Of a stretch of 64,000 bases of DNA, positions 8,305 through 17,383 are shown piece by piece; positions within the stretch are counted from its first letter, which is position 1, and every line of letters begins with the position of its first letter. The notes beneath the pieces were generated by a model. It was not told the origin of the DNA. It searched no databases and saw only the letters and a list, made by a program, of their open reading frames with translations. Source of the DNA: an uncultured Candidatus Saccharibacteria bacterium (GTDB lineage Bacteria > Patescibacteriota > Minisyncoccia > Phycocordibacterales > UBA12088); NCBI GenBank assembly GCA_964567265.1, contig CAZMLK010000001.1, positions 262,574 to 326,573 of the forward strand, written 5' to 3'. A program made the translations under genes and the position numbers.

Positions 8305-8877
8305 ATGGATGATCTCCGGAAGCGCGTGGGCTTCTTCAAGACGGCGGTCGGCGACCCTGGCGTCGCCGCGATCGCCACGAGCTCGCGATTCGTGATCCGG
8401 AACGTGCTCCGCAGGATGCCTGAGGGCGCGAAGACGATCATCGAATACGGGCCGGGCGAGGGCGTCCTCACGAGGCCGCTCCTTTCGAGGCTTCCCGCCG
8501 ACGGCGTCCTTATTGCCATCGAGTCGAACCACGACTTCGCCGAAAGCCTCCGCAGGATCAATGATCCGCGGCTCCGCGTGCTCGAAGGGAAGGTGGAGGA
8601 CGTCCTCCATGACAAAGCACTCCTCGGCATCGAGTCTGCCGATTTCGTCGCCTCCTCGATCCCGTTCTCGTTCCTGTCTTCCGAGGAGCGTGCCGGGATT
8701 GCCGCAGAGACCGCGCGCATACTCGTGCCCGGGGGCAGGTTCGTCGTCTTCCATCAATACTCGCCGCTGATGCAGCCGGTCCTGAAGCACGGATTCGGGA
8801 AAGTGGATGTCGATTTCGAGTTCCGGAATGTCTTTCCATGCTTCATCATCGAAGGGGTGAAGTATAGAGGAAGGTAG
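8305..8877 (+). CDS. class I SAM-dependent methyltransferase
   Basis: IEYGPGEGVLT motif I. ATG at 8305 follows the VOC stop. Confidence 0.7.
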   Translation: MDDLRKRVGFFKTAVGDPGVAAIATSSRFVIRNVLRRMPEGAKTIIEYGPGEGVLTRPLLSRLPADGVLIAIESNHDFAESLRRINDPRLRVLEGKVEDVLHDKALLGIESADFVASSIPFSFLSSEERAGIAAETARILVPGGRFVVFHQYSPLMQPVLKHGFGKVDVDFEFRNVFPCFIIEGVKYRGR

Positions 8878-8882
8878 GAGAA

Positions 8883-8915
8883 CCCCCGCGCCGCCAAAGG
8901 CGGCGCGGGGGTTTC
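8883..8915 (+). terminator. rho-independent terminator
   Basis: CCCCCGCGCCGCC aaa GGCGGCGCGGGGG followed by TTTCG. Confidence 0.6.
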
Positions 8916-9083
8916 GTGTAAGAATCATGAACGTCGTACGTCACGGCAACTGTAGCTAGAAGAAAGGCAATCTAGGCATGAGCTGGCCCGTCCAGCGTGG
9001 TCAAGACCGCTTTTCTTCCGAAGATGCCCGCCATCCCGGCGAGCATTTTCGAATCTGTTCTTTCACAACTTGGAGATGCGAGA

Positions 9084-10261
9084 TGACTATCCCGACAGAG
9101 CTGCTTGGCAGCAATGCTGGCAGTCCCTTACGGATTGCCATGGTGAGCCAGTTATTCGAGCTCACGCCCCCGAAGAAGTATGGGGGCACCGAGCTCTTTG
9201 TAGCCACGCTCACGCGCACCCTCGTCAATATGGGCCACCATGTCACGCTCTACACCGCCGGCGGCTCGCTGCCGATCGGTTCGACGACGATCTACGCGAC
9301 ACCCGAGCCTCTCTGGATGGAAGGCAAGCCGCTCATCTCGGATTCTGATGCGGCTGAAATCCATGCGGATATGTACCGCACGGTCATCCGTGATGACCGC
9401 TATCGCAAGTATGATGTCATCATTCTCAATGGAGAATGGCATTTCATCGATACGGACCTCGCACGGGATCTGCAATGTGTGAAGCACAAATGCCTCACCG
9501 TCATGCATGGCCCGACGGAGACGTCGGATCGAAGCGACGCGTGGAAAATTGGCGCGTGCGGATGGAATCTCGTTTCCATATCGGATGCGCAGCGCATCGG
9601 CCTCGATGAGTTCGCGGCCAGGTCGAAGAAGGATCTCTCGCCCACCTGGATGGGAACCGTGTATCACGGACTGAATCCTAAGGATTTCCCGGAACCCGTC
9701 TTCGAATCCACCGGCGGACTTGTCTTCCTCGGTCGCATGCACGAGACCAAGGGTGCGCATACGGCAGTCGCGATCGCGAAGAAGGCCGGCATCCCGCTCC
9801 ACATCGCGGCGCGGATCCACGAAGGTCCCGAGGGCGACCACTACCGCGCGCATGTCGAACCCCACGTCGATGGCGTGAGTGTCATCTGCGTCGGGGAGGC
9901 AGACTTCGTGCAGAAGACTGCGCTTCTCCGCAACGCGGACGCGCTCTTGTTCCCGATCGAATGGCCTGAGCCGTTCGGCCTGGTCATGATCGAAGCGATG
10001 GCCTGCGGCTGTCCCGTCATCGGCTATGGGCACGGTTCCGTTCCCGAAGTCGTCGATGAAGGCGTCACCGGATTCGTGGTCAGTTCCATCGAAGAAGCCG
10101 TTGCGGCGATTCCGCGCGCACGTCTCCTCGATCGGAACAACATCCGCCGGCAGTTCAGGGTCCGTTTCTCTGCCACGCAGATGGCTACCCAGTACGTGCG
10201 CATCTTCCGCACGCTTCTCCAAGGAAAAAAAGACGCACCCGCCGCCCGTCTAGCGGCATAA
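9084..10261 (+). CDS. glycosyltransferase family 4 (GT1/GT4 fold)
   Basis: C-terminal EPFGLVMIEAMACGCPVIGY is a GT4 signature. GGAG lies 8 nt upstream of ATG 9084. The ORF is open further upstream to 8978. Confidence 0.85.
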
Positions 10262-10291
10262 CCTCTCCCAGTCGGAGAGGGTATCGAAAAT

Positions 10292-10330
10292 GACGCCCGC
10301 ATGCGAAGCATGCGGGCGTCTTTCTTTTTT
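10292..10330 (+). terminator. rho-independent terminator
   Basis: GACGCCCGCATGC gaa GCATGCGGGCGTC followed by TTTCTTTTTT. Confidence 0.7.
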
Positions 10331-10453
10331 CAATACTCGTGTCCTAATGTGTCATTGTGTAGGGGACAGCCCGCTCTGGCTTCTCCCGTGCCAGAAGTGC
10401 TAGAATAGTCGGACTCCCTGCATTACAATCGTTAATCAATCGAAGACACCACA

Positions 10454-11098
10454 ATGGATACGATGGATACCAAGCCTGAGATTTCGGGTAAGAAGAGCTG
10501 GAAGATGATGTTGAAGGACAAGAAGGTGATGGGCGGGCTTGTGATCGCAGTCGTCATCATCCTGATCGCGCTCCTGTATGTCTTCAAGGCATGCTTCGTT
10601 GCTGCGACCGTGAACGGTTCTCCGATCAGCCGCTGGAGCATCATGAAGGCCGCAGAGAAGCAGGTCGGCGCGCAGATTCTCGAGTCGAAGATCACCGAGA
10701 AGCTCATCAAGACCGAGCTTGCGAAGCAGAAGATTACTGTCGACCAATCTGAAATCGATGCTGAAGTGAAGAAGGTCGAGGACCAGATCACCGCACAGGG
10801 CGGCACGCTCGATCAGGCGCTCGCGCAGCAGGGCATGACCAAGGATCAGTTCATCGACCAGATCAAGGTCCAGAAGGAAGTCGAGAAGCTCCTCATGGAC
10901 AAGGTCGCCGTCTCTGACGAAGACATCACCAAGTACATCGCTGACAACAAGCTCACCGCGCCGGCAGGCATGAGCGCGGACGATATGCGAAAGCAGATCC
11001 GCGACATCATCAAGCAGCAGAAGTTCAGCGCGGCAGCGCAGGAGTGGGTCGCGGGACTCCGCACCAATTCGAAGGTGAATACGTACGTGAAGTTCTAA
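10454..11098 (+). CDS. membrane-anchored SurA N-terminal-domain-like chaperone protein
   Basis: N-terminal TM helix followed by a Lys/Glu-rich coiled domain resembling the SurA_N/PrsA N-terminal region. No PPIase motif is seen. Confidence 0.5.
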   Translation: MDTMDTKPEISGKKSWKMMLKDKKVMGGLVIAVVIILIALLYVFKACFVAATVNGSPISRWSIMKAAEKQVGAQILESKITEKLIKTELAKQKITVDQSEIDAEVKKVEDQITAQGGTLDQALAQQGMTKDQFIDQIKVQKEVEKLLMDKVAVSDEDITKYIADNKLTAPAGMSADDMRKQIRDIIKQQKFSAAAQEWVAGLRTNSKVNTYVKF

Positions 11099-11123
11099 TC
11101 GCAATTTCCGGATAGTCGAGAAA

Positions 11124-11155
11124 CCCCGCGCCTTCGGCGCGGGGTTTCGTTTTCA
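11124..11155 (+). terminator. rho-independent terminator
   Basis: CCCCGCGCC ttcg GGCGCGGGG followed by TTTCGTTTTC. Confidence 0.6.
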
Positions 11156-11254
11156 AGACCAAGCCTCCTGGCCGAAACTTGACAAATAAAATAATTACTC
11201 TATTGTTTTTTGGAAATCCATGTTCCCATTGCAACGTGAAAGGAACCAATCGGC

Positions 11255-11710
11255 ATGAATGAGACCCATGGCGGCAGCTCAGTAGAGATTCGCCGCCTGC
11301 ATCTGGGGGACGCGCATGCATGCTTTGAAAATCTGAGATATCTATATGAGCAGCTTTCCCAGGAACGCGGGTCACTATCGCTCTACCAGCTCCAGCGCGC
11401 CCTCAGCACGGCTTCAACGGTCGTGATGGTCGCTCGAAAGAGCAACATCCTTGTCGGTACCGCCACCATCTGCATTGCGCCCACCATCGGTGGCACGCTG
11501 GCATTCATCGAAGCAGTTGTCGTCGATTCGGATCATCACGGCCACGGGATCGGCAAAAGCCTCATGCTCCGTTTACTGGATCGCGCGAGATCCGAAGGCT
11601 GTACATCCGTCCAGCTGACCTGCCGACCGTCGAGGGAGATTGCGCACAAACTCTACGCGTCACTCGGATTCAAGTGCAGAGAGACTGATCTTTTACGGTT
11701 GATGTTGTAA
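11255..11710 (+). CDS. GNAT family N-acetyltransferase
   Basis: VVVDSDHHGHGIGKSLM acetyl-CoA binding motif. SD AAAGGAAC upstream. Confidence 0.8.
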   Translation: MNETHGGSSVEIRRLHLGDAHACFENLRYLYEQLSQERGSLSLYQLQRALSTASTVVMVARKSNILVGTATICIAPTIGGTLAFIEAVVVDSDHHGHGIGKSLMLRLLDRARSEGCTSVQLTCRPSREIAHKLYASLGFKCRETDLLRLML

Positions 11711-11716
11711 AGAAGT

Positions 11717-11752
11717 GCGCCCCGAGCTGTAAGCTCGGGGCGCTTTCCATTC
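11717..11752. terminator. bidirectional terminator between convergent genes
   Basis: GCGCCCCGAGC tgtaa GCTCGGGGCGC followed by a T-rich tract. Confidence 0.55.
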
Positions 11753-11763
11753 CAATTTCGCAC

Positions 11764-13416
11764 CTAGGAATGCGCCATGTTTGCCTTGATGTCCTCGACC
11801 GTCGCGCCGTATTTCTTGCCCGGATTGAGGATGCCGGCGGGATCGAAGATCTCCTTGGTCTGCCGGAAGAGGTCGTACATCTCCTTGCCGAACATCTGCT
11901 CGAGATAGGGCGTCCGTATGAGGCCATCGTTGTGTTCCGCGGTGATCGAGCCCTTGTACTCGTGCACGAGGTCGTACACCTTGGTATTGAGTTCCATGAT
12001 ATCGATCTTGGTCTGCGGATTCTTGAAGTCCATGAGCGGAATGATGTGGAAATTGCCGTCACCTGCGTGGCCGGCGATGGTGTAGAGGAGCTTGTGCTCG
12101 TCGAGGAGCGCCTGGAGCTTCGGAAGGAATGCGGGCAGATGCTCCGGCTTCACGACGACGTCCTCGATGAACGGCGCGGTCCGCATATTGCGCACATGCT
12201 TCCGAAGCAGATTGAAGCTCTCATGGCGGATGCGCCAATACTTCTCGGCCTCGCTTTGCGAGCGGGCGATGTGAATCTCGTAGCCGAAATGTATGACCTT
12301 TTCCTTGACCTCGACGAGCTGTTTCTTGATCGCAGCATCATCGTCGCCAGCAAATTCAACAAGAAGCATGAGCTTTGGGATCTTGCCGCCGCGGATAATT
12401 TTCCATGCGTCCGGGATGAACTGGAAGCCGAGCCGGACCATGCCGAATGTGCCGATCTGCTTCCAGAAATCGAAAAAGAATTTGACCGCGAGCTTCAAGC
12501 TGTAGTCATCGAAGGTCTCCAAAGTTTCAGGCCCAAAGGGAAGGATCTCGTTCACGATCTCGCTGAGGCGCGTGATGTCCGGCATGAAGACGACGAGGAT
12601 GTTCGACTTCGGATGCGCTGGGACAAGCTTGAAGGTCGCCTCGGTCACGAGCCCAAGCGTGCCTTGGGATCCGACGATCAGCTTGCAGAGGTCGAAAGTC
12701 CCAGTCTTCGGATCGTACACATCCCAGAGGTAGTAGCCGGCGGAATTCTTGGAGACATCGGGCTTCGCTGCCATGATGCGATCCTTGTTCGCCTCAATGA
12801 GCTGCCAGAGCTTCTTGTAGAGCTCGCTCTCTGAGGTGCCCTCAGCAATCTTCGCGTCGAGCTCTGCCTTCATGAGCGGCCGGACGACGTATTCATTGCC
12901 ATCCGTGAAGACGACCTTAAGGCCGGTCACGAAGTCGCGCACCTGTCCGTAGCGGAGGCTCTTCTCGCCGCCCGAATTATTAGAGACGATGCCGCCGATC
13001 GCGCAGAGCTCGCGCGATGCCGGGAAGGTGGGCATCAATGTATTATTCTTCATCGTCGCCTTCTCGAAGTCGCGGTAGTGGAGGCCAGGCTCGGCGGTGC
13101 CGGATTCAGGCGTGACGCTGCCCAAATGATTCATGTACTTGGTGAAGTCCGCGATGATGGACGCGCCGACCGCGCCGCCCGACATGTCGGTGCCGGCAGA
13201 TCGCGCGGTTATGGAAAGCGTCGGGTCTTCTGCTTTGTGTGCAGCCACCCATTTCACCAATGTCTGGACGTCCTTGGAGTGCTTTGGAAAAACGACGACC
13301 TTCGGACGGATCTCGAAAATGCTGGCGTCGCGCGAGTAGGTTGTTAAGGTCTTTTCAGAAGAATCGATATCGCCCTCGAAATCAGGCTTCAGGGAATCGA
13401 ATGAAATGGTGCTCAT
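11764..13416 (-). CDS. FAD-binding oxidoreductase (GlcD / D-lactate dehydrogenase family)
   Basis: FAD_binding_4-like N-terminus with the FAD-linked oxidase C-terminal domain. The start is chosen at MSTISFDS, with ATG at 13416 on the minus strand. Confidence 0.85.
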   Translation of the reverse strand: MSTISFDSLKPDFEGDIDSSEKTLTTYSRDASIFEIRPKVVVFPKHSKDVQTLVKWVAAHKAEDPTLSITARSAGTDMSGGAVGASIIADFTKYMNHLGSVTPESGTAEPGLHYRDFEKATMKNNTLMPTFPASRELCAIGGIVSNNSGGEKSLRYGQVRDFVTGLKVVFTDGNEYVVRPLMKAELDAKIAEGTSESELYKKLWQLIEANKDRIMAAKPDVSKNSAGYYLWDVYDPKTGTFDLCKLIVGSQGTLGLVTEATFKLVPAHPKSNILVVFMPDITRLSEIVNEILPFGPETLETFDDYSLKLAVKFFFDFWKQIGTFGMVRLGFQFIPDAWKIIRGGKIPKLMLLVEFAGDDDAAIKKQLVEVKEKVIHFGYEIHIARSQSEAEKYWRIRHESFNLLRKHVRNMRTAPFIEDVVVKPEHLPAFLPKLQALLDEHKLLYTIAGHAGDGNFHIIPLMDFKNPQTKIDIMELNTKVYDLVHEYKGSITAEHNDGLIRTPYLEQMFGKEMYDLFRQTKEIFDPAGILNPGKKYGATVEDIKANMAHS

Positions 13417-13481
13417 ATATGTAGTGTACCAATGCGTCGTCGGTTCCACCAAACCGCGTAATTTGCTACTCTGGAGGACAT

Positions 13482-15125
13482 ATGACCCAGGATGAAGCAT
13501 TCAGTGTACTCAAGACCGGAGCGAATGCCTTCGTCACGGGCGAGCCTGGATCGGGAAAGACGCATACGATTAACCGCTACATCCGGTATCTCCGCTCGCA
13601 CTCGATCGAGCCCTCAGTCACCGCCTCGACCGGAATCGCCGCGACGCATGTGGGCGGCATGACCATCCATTCCTGGAGTGGTATCAATATCCGGAAGACG
13701 CTCTCGCGCTACGAGCTTGATGCATTGTCCGAAAAGGAATACCTCGTGAAGCGCCTCACAGCGGCGAAGGTGCTCGTGATCGACGAGATCTCGATGTTGG
13801 ATGCGGATACGCTCGATACGGTCGAGCAGGTGTGCCGGACGCTCCGCCGAAAGGCAGAGCCGTTCGGCGGCCTCCAGATCATCTTCGTCGGAGACTTCTT
13901 CCAGCTTCCGCCGGTCGCCCGCATGGGCGAGCCGAAGCCGCGCTTTGCCTTTGAGTCGCGTGCATGGGAAGCCGCGCGGCCGTTCGTCTGCTATCTGACC
14001 GAGCAGCACCGACAAGAAGACGATGTCTTCCTGTCGGTGCTGGCTGAGCTCCGCCGTGGCGAGCCGAGCGACTACTCGCGCGAGCATCTCGCGACGCGCC
14101 GGGTGATGCCCGGAAGTCCCGTTCTTGAAATCCAAACGAAACTCTATACCCACAACGCGGATGTCGATCGGATCAATACCGAGAAGCTCGGACGGCTTGA
14201 GGGGGGCATGCGCACCTTCACGATGGAGCGGCATGGCTCGGGGACCATCGTCGAGAAGCTTGCTCAGACCTGCTTGTCGCCTGAGATCCTGAATTTGAAA
14301 GAGGGGGCGATCGTGATGTGCACCAAGAACAATCCCGAAATGGGATTCGTCAACGGCACGCTCGGCACCGTGATGCGTTTTGAAAAGGAAAGTGGCCGGC
14401 CGGTCATAAAGACGCATGACAAGCGCGAGCTCACGCTCGCGCCAATGGAGTGGACCATCGAGGATAACGGCAAGGTGATCGCGAAGGTGGTCCAGATCCC
14501 GCTTCGCCTCGCCTGGGCAATGACCGTCCACAAGAGCCAGGGCATGTCCCTCGACGCCGCTGTCATCGATCTCTCGAATGCATTTGAATATGGCCAGGGA
14601 TACGTCGCACTCTCGCGCATCCGCACGCTCGACGGCCTCCATCTCCTCGGCATCAATGAGCGCGCGCTCGAAGTGCATCCGCAGATTCTAGAAAAGGATG
14701 CTGACATGCGGAGCTCATCCAAAGATGTTGGCAACGCCTTCGGCAGTATGAGCGCCGTTGAAAAGAAAACGATGGAAGAGAATTTCATCCGTGCGCAGGG
14801 CGGCACGCTTGAGGAAGTGAAAGTCGAGAAGCAGACCGGCGTAACCCGAATCCGAAGCGCCAAGAAGAAGACGCCTGAGGAGCAGGCGAAAAGCGATTCC
14901 TACCAGGCGAAGCTCGCGAAGCTTCGTGAGAAATTCCCGAATGCATTCATGCCCTGGAAGAAGGAAGATGACGAGAAGCTCATCGCGAACTTCGACGGGG
15001 AAGAGTCGGTCCCGAAACTCATCAAGCTCATGGGCCGCCAGCGGGGCTCCATCCGCGCCCGCCTCGTGAAGCATGGCCTCATAGAAGACGACACCGTAGG
15101 AGCAGTCGAAGCGGAGATTTTCTAG
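13482..15125 (+). CDS. PIF1/RecD-family ATP-dependent DNA helicase with a roughly 110-aa C-terminal extension
   Basis: Walker A GEPGSGKTH. VLVIDEISML and PFGGLQIIFVGDFFQLPPV motifs. HKSQGMSLD lies in the C-terminal helicase domain. SD GGAGGA upstream. Confidence 0.8.
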   Translation: MTQDEAFSVLKTGANAFVTGEPGSGKTHTINRYIRYLRSHSIEPSVTASTGIAATHVGGMTIHSWSGINIRKTLSRYELDALSEKEYLVKRLTAAKVLVIDEISMLDADTLDTVEQVCRTLRRKAEPFGGLQIIFVGDFFQLPPVARMGEPKPRFAFESRAWEAARPFVCYLTEQHRQEDDVFLSVLAELRRGEPSDYSREHLATRRVMPGSPVLEIQTKLYTHNADVDRINTEKLGRLEGGMRTFTMERHGSGTIVEKLAQTCLSPEILNLKEGAIVMCTKNNPEMGFVNGTLGTVMRFEKESGRPVIKTHDKRELTLAPMEWTIEDNGKVIAKVVQIPLRLAWAMTVHKSQGMSLDAAVIDLSNAFEYGQGYVALSRIRTLDGLHLLGINERALEVHPQILEKDADMRSSSKDVGNAFGSMSAVEKKTMEENFIRAQGGTLEEVKVEKQTGVTRIRSAKKKTPEEQAKSDSYQAKLAKLREKFPNAFMPWKKEDDEKLIANFDGEESVPKLIKLMGRQRGSIRARLVKHGLIEDDTVGAVEAEIF

Positions 15126-15158
15126 CTTCTGGACAAGGGAATCATTTGCCCATACATA

Positions 15159-15186
15159 TTGACAGTCTGTCAAACGTATGTACTAT
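15159..15186 (+). promoter_or_regulatory. sigma70-like promoter whose -35 lies in a perfect palindrome TTGACAGtCTGTCAA
   Basis: TTGACA -16 nt- TACTAT. A 7-1-7 inverted repeat overlaps the -35 and is a possible operator. Confidence 0.45.
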
Positions 15187-15251
15187 ATGCAGCGGCTCAA
15201 CGCCTCTGGATGGCCATTCCGGCTCTCCTGAAGACGGAGGATCTTTGAATC

Positions 15252-16196
15252 ATGATGAAGTACGGACTCTTCGCTTCGACCGCCCTCAGCCTCGTCGTCG
15301 GCCTCAATCCGGCCGCGATGGCCGATGGGATCGTGGCTCCTGAGCCCATCAGCGCTGTTTCTCCGATGCAGCAGACCGCGGAATACCGCATCTGCACCGG
15401 CAGCACCAAGGGCGCCTACTATCTGAAGGCGTCGGCAATGCAGGGCATCATCAGTAATACGGGCAAGGTCAACGCGGTCGCATATCCGGCCGGCGGCACC
15501 GTCGACTGCCTCCAGAAGATGGGCAATGGCGAGGTCCAGGCGGCCGTGATCCAGATGGACGGGCTTCCCTGGCTCCAGCAGACCAAGTCGCCGCTCTTCA
15601 GCCTCCTCGGCCTCGGCGGGGCGGTCTTGACCGAGGAATTCCTCACATTCTGCAGCAGAGGAGACGGGGCCGAGGATTTCTCCGGCGTCGGCCAGTACGA
15701 CAATTATACGGTCTCGCTTGCCGGCACCGACAAGTCGGGTATCAATCTCGCACTCAACGTCATCGCCTACCAGGACGACGACTACAAGAGCGCGACCTAT
15801 CGGTACGCCGACACGCTCGACAGCGCGCTCCGGGAGGTCTCGAACGGCTTCGCGAACTGCGCGATCGTCGTGCTCGACAGCACGACGCCCTCGCTCAAGG
15901 AGCTCGACGCAACCTACGGCGACTCCGTGCGCCTGGTCGGCACCTGGGACAGCGATTTCCGCGCTCTCAAGTTCGCCAACAAGCAGGTCTACGGCTGGCG
16001 TCCGATTCCCGAGAATCTCCCCGGGATGACACACTTCCTCAGCTGGGAGAACGATGGCGACCATTGGTCGCCGGAGGTGATCGCCGAGCGGGCGGTCCTC
16101 GTCTACCGGAAGGATGCCACCAGCGACGACGTCGTCGCCGCAATGCGGACCGCGATCGACCAGGTCGCGACACTCAAGACTGACGTGCAGGACTAG
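15252..16196 (+). CDS. periplasmic solute-binding protein, TAXI/PhnD-like
   Basis: Signal peptide. CTGSTKGAYY...VNAVAYPAGGTVDC...QMDG pattern resembles TAXI-family receptors. Confidence 0.5.
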   Translation: MMKYGLFASTALSLVVGLNPAAMADGIVAPEPISAVSPMQQTAEYRICTGSTKGAYYLKASAMQGIISNTGKVNAVAYPAGGTVDCLQKMGNGEVQAAVIQMDGLPWLQQTKSPLFSLLGLGGAVLTEEFLTFCSRGDGAEDFSGVGQYDNYTVSLAGTDKSGINLALNVIAYQDDDYKSATYRYADTLDSALREVSNGFANCAIVVLDSTTPSLKELDATYGDSVRLVGTWDSDFRALKFANKQVYGWRPIPENLPGMTHFLSWENDGDHWSPEVIAERAVLVYRKDATSDDVVAAMRTAIDQVATLKTDVQD

Positions 16197-16275
16197 TCCG
16201 GCACTTCGGCCAATCATGGGGGCGGCTTCGGTCGCCCCCATTTCTCTTGGATCACGTCCACAAGGAGAACAGGCA

Positions 16276-16686
16276 ATGTCCAGTAGTGTCAGAGAATGGT
16301 GGAATCGGAAGGTGTTGGTGATTGCATGCGTCGCACTCAACACCATGGGTTTTCTCGTCTTCCTACTTGATGTCTTTGAGGATGCGCTTCCTGAGCTCTG
16401 GATCGACGAGGTCGCAGGGCTCATCGCGACAGTGGTCGCGTTCTTCCTTACACGCGCCATGCGTCAAGGGTACGCGCGGACACGATTCCAGACCGCACGG
16501 CAGTGGGTCATTTCGGGTCTGTTCGCGCTCGCATGGATCATCGATCTTCTCTCGAGGAGCGGCTCCGTCGCTGATGAGCTGTTTCTTGCGCTGGTCGTGT
16601 TCGTCATCATCCCGCTTCTGACGTGGGGGCCGCATCTCTTCCCACGCCTCAAGGTCTTCGCTCCAGTACATTCCCATTTCAAGTAG
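16276..16686 (+). CDS. small membrane protein
   Basis: SD AAGGAGAAC upstream of ATG 16276 and four hydrophobic helices. Confidence 0.5.
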   Translation: MSSSVREWWNRKVLVIACVALNTMGFLVFLLDVFEDALPELWIDEVAGLIATVVAFFLTRAMRQGYARTRFQTARQWVISGLFALAWIIDLLSRSGSVADELFLALVVFVIIPLLTWGPHLFPRLKVFAPVHSHFK

Positions 16687-16698
16687 ATCAGCATCCTT

Positions 16699-16728
16699 TG
16701 GCCGCAATTTTCTGCGGCCAATTTTCTT
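16699..16728 (+). terminator. rho-independent terminator
   Basis: GGCCGCA attttc TGCGGCC followed by AATTTTC. Confidence 0.55.
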
Positions 16729-16836
16729 ATAGAAGAATGTATCCTGTGCTTTACAATTACTTCCTTTGTGTTAGATTTTTCCGAGCCGGCCAATCTTGGC
16801 CTTGGGTCCAGAGGGAGCATTGCCTTGAAAGTAGAT

Positions 16837-17175
16837 ATGGGTACGCACGAGTACGAGCAATGGGTCTTGTCGAATGAGAGGCCACCAACCTGTCGCCAAA
16901 TTCTCACTGAGCGCCGTTTCGGAGTTTTTTGCGAGAGCTGGTGGCTGAATGCCGTACTCGCAGATAAGTTCTCCGCCACCGAAATCAGGGTAGAGCAAGA
17001 CGGCACCTGTATCCTCTACTTCTATCCAAATGGGTTTGGATATTCAGATACCAAGAGAGTTGCATTTGTAGGCCGACTCCGATCCACCGTTGAATCATGG
17101 CTTGGAAGGAAGATTTCAGATGTTCGACTTGCTTCGGAAGCAAAAGCCGCTGCTGTGCTGGATCTGACCGCATAA
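16837..17175 (+). CDS. hypothetical protein
   Basis: ORF in a lower-GC pocket. The ATG at 16837 is preferred over the alternative start at 16768. Confidence 0.3.
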   Translation: MGTHEYEQWVLSNERPPTCRQILTERRFGVFCESWWLNAVLADKFSATEIRVEQDGTCILYFYPNGFGYSDTKRVAFVGRLRSTVESWLGRKISDVRLASEAKAAAVLDLTA

Positions 17176-17200
17176 TGTCATGATTTCAGGCTTTGAAAAA

Positions 17201-17245
17201 CGCGCGCCCGCAAGGACTTCGTCCTTGCGGGCGCGCTATACTTTA
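17201..17245 (+). terminator. GC-rich hairpin terminator
   Basis: CGCGCGCCCGCAAGGAC ttc GTCCTTGCGGGCGCGC. Confidence 0.5.
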
Positions 17246-17383
17246 AAGCCCTGAAATGATTGACAGGACCGGAATACTATAGTACTGTGGCTGCAATTGG
17301 AAATTGGGAATACGAATACCCCTGTCTCCGAGCGGGTATTTAGTGAAAAAGTCCCATTTATATAGTTTAATTCAACGTGTCAT

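Noticed and set aside
9152-10222. 356-aa minus-strand ORF
   Set aside because: Antisense to the GT4 glycosyltransferase, which carries the EPFGLVMIEAMACGCPVIGY signature. High-GC frame artefact.
15183-16460. 425-aa minus-strand ORF
   Set aside because: Antisense to the secreted binding-protein gene and the following membrane-protein gene. Arg/Gly/Asp-rich low-complexity translation.
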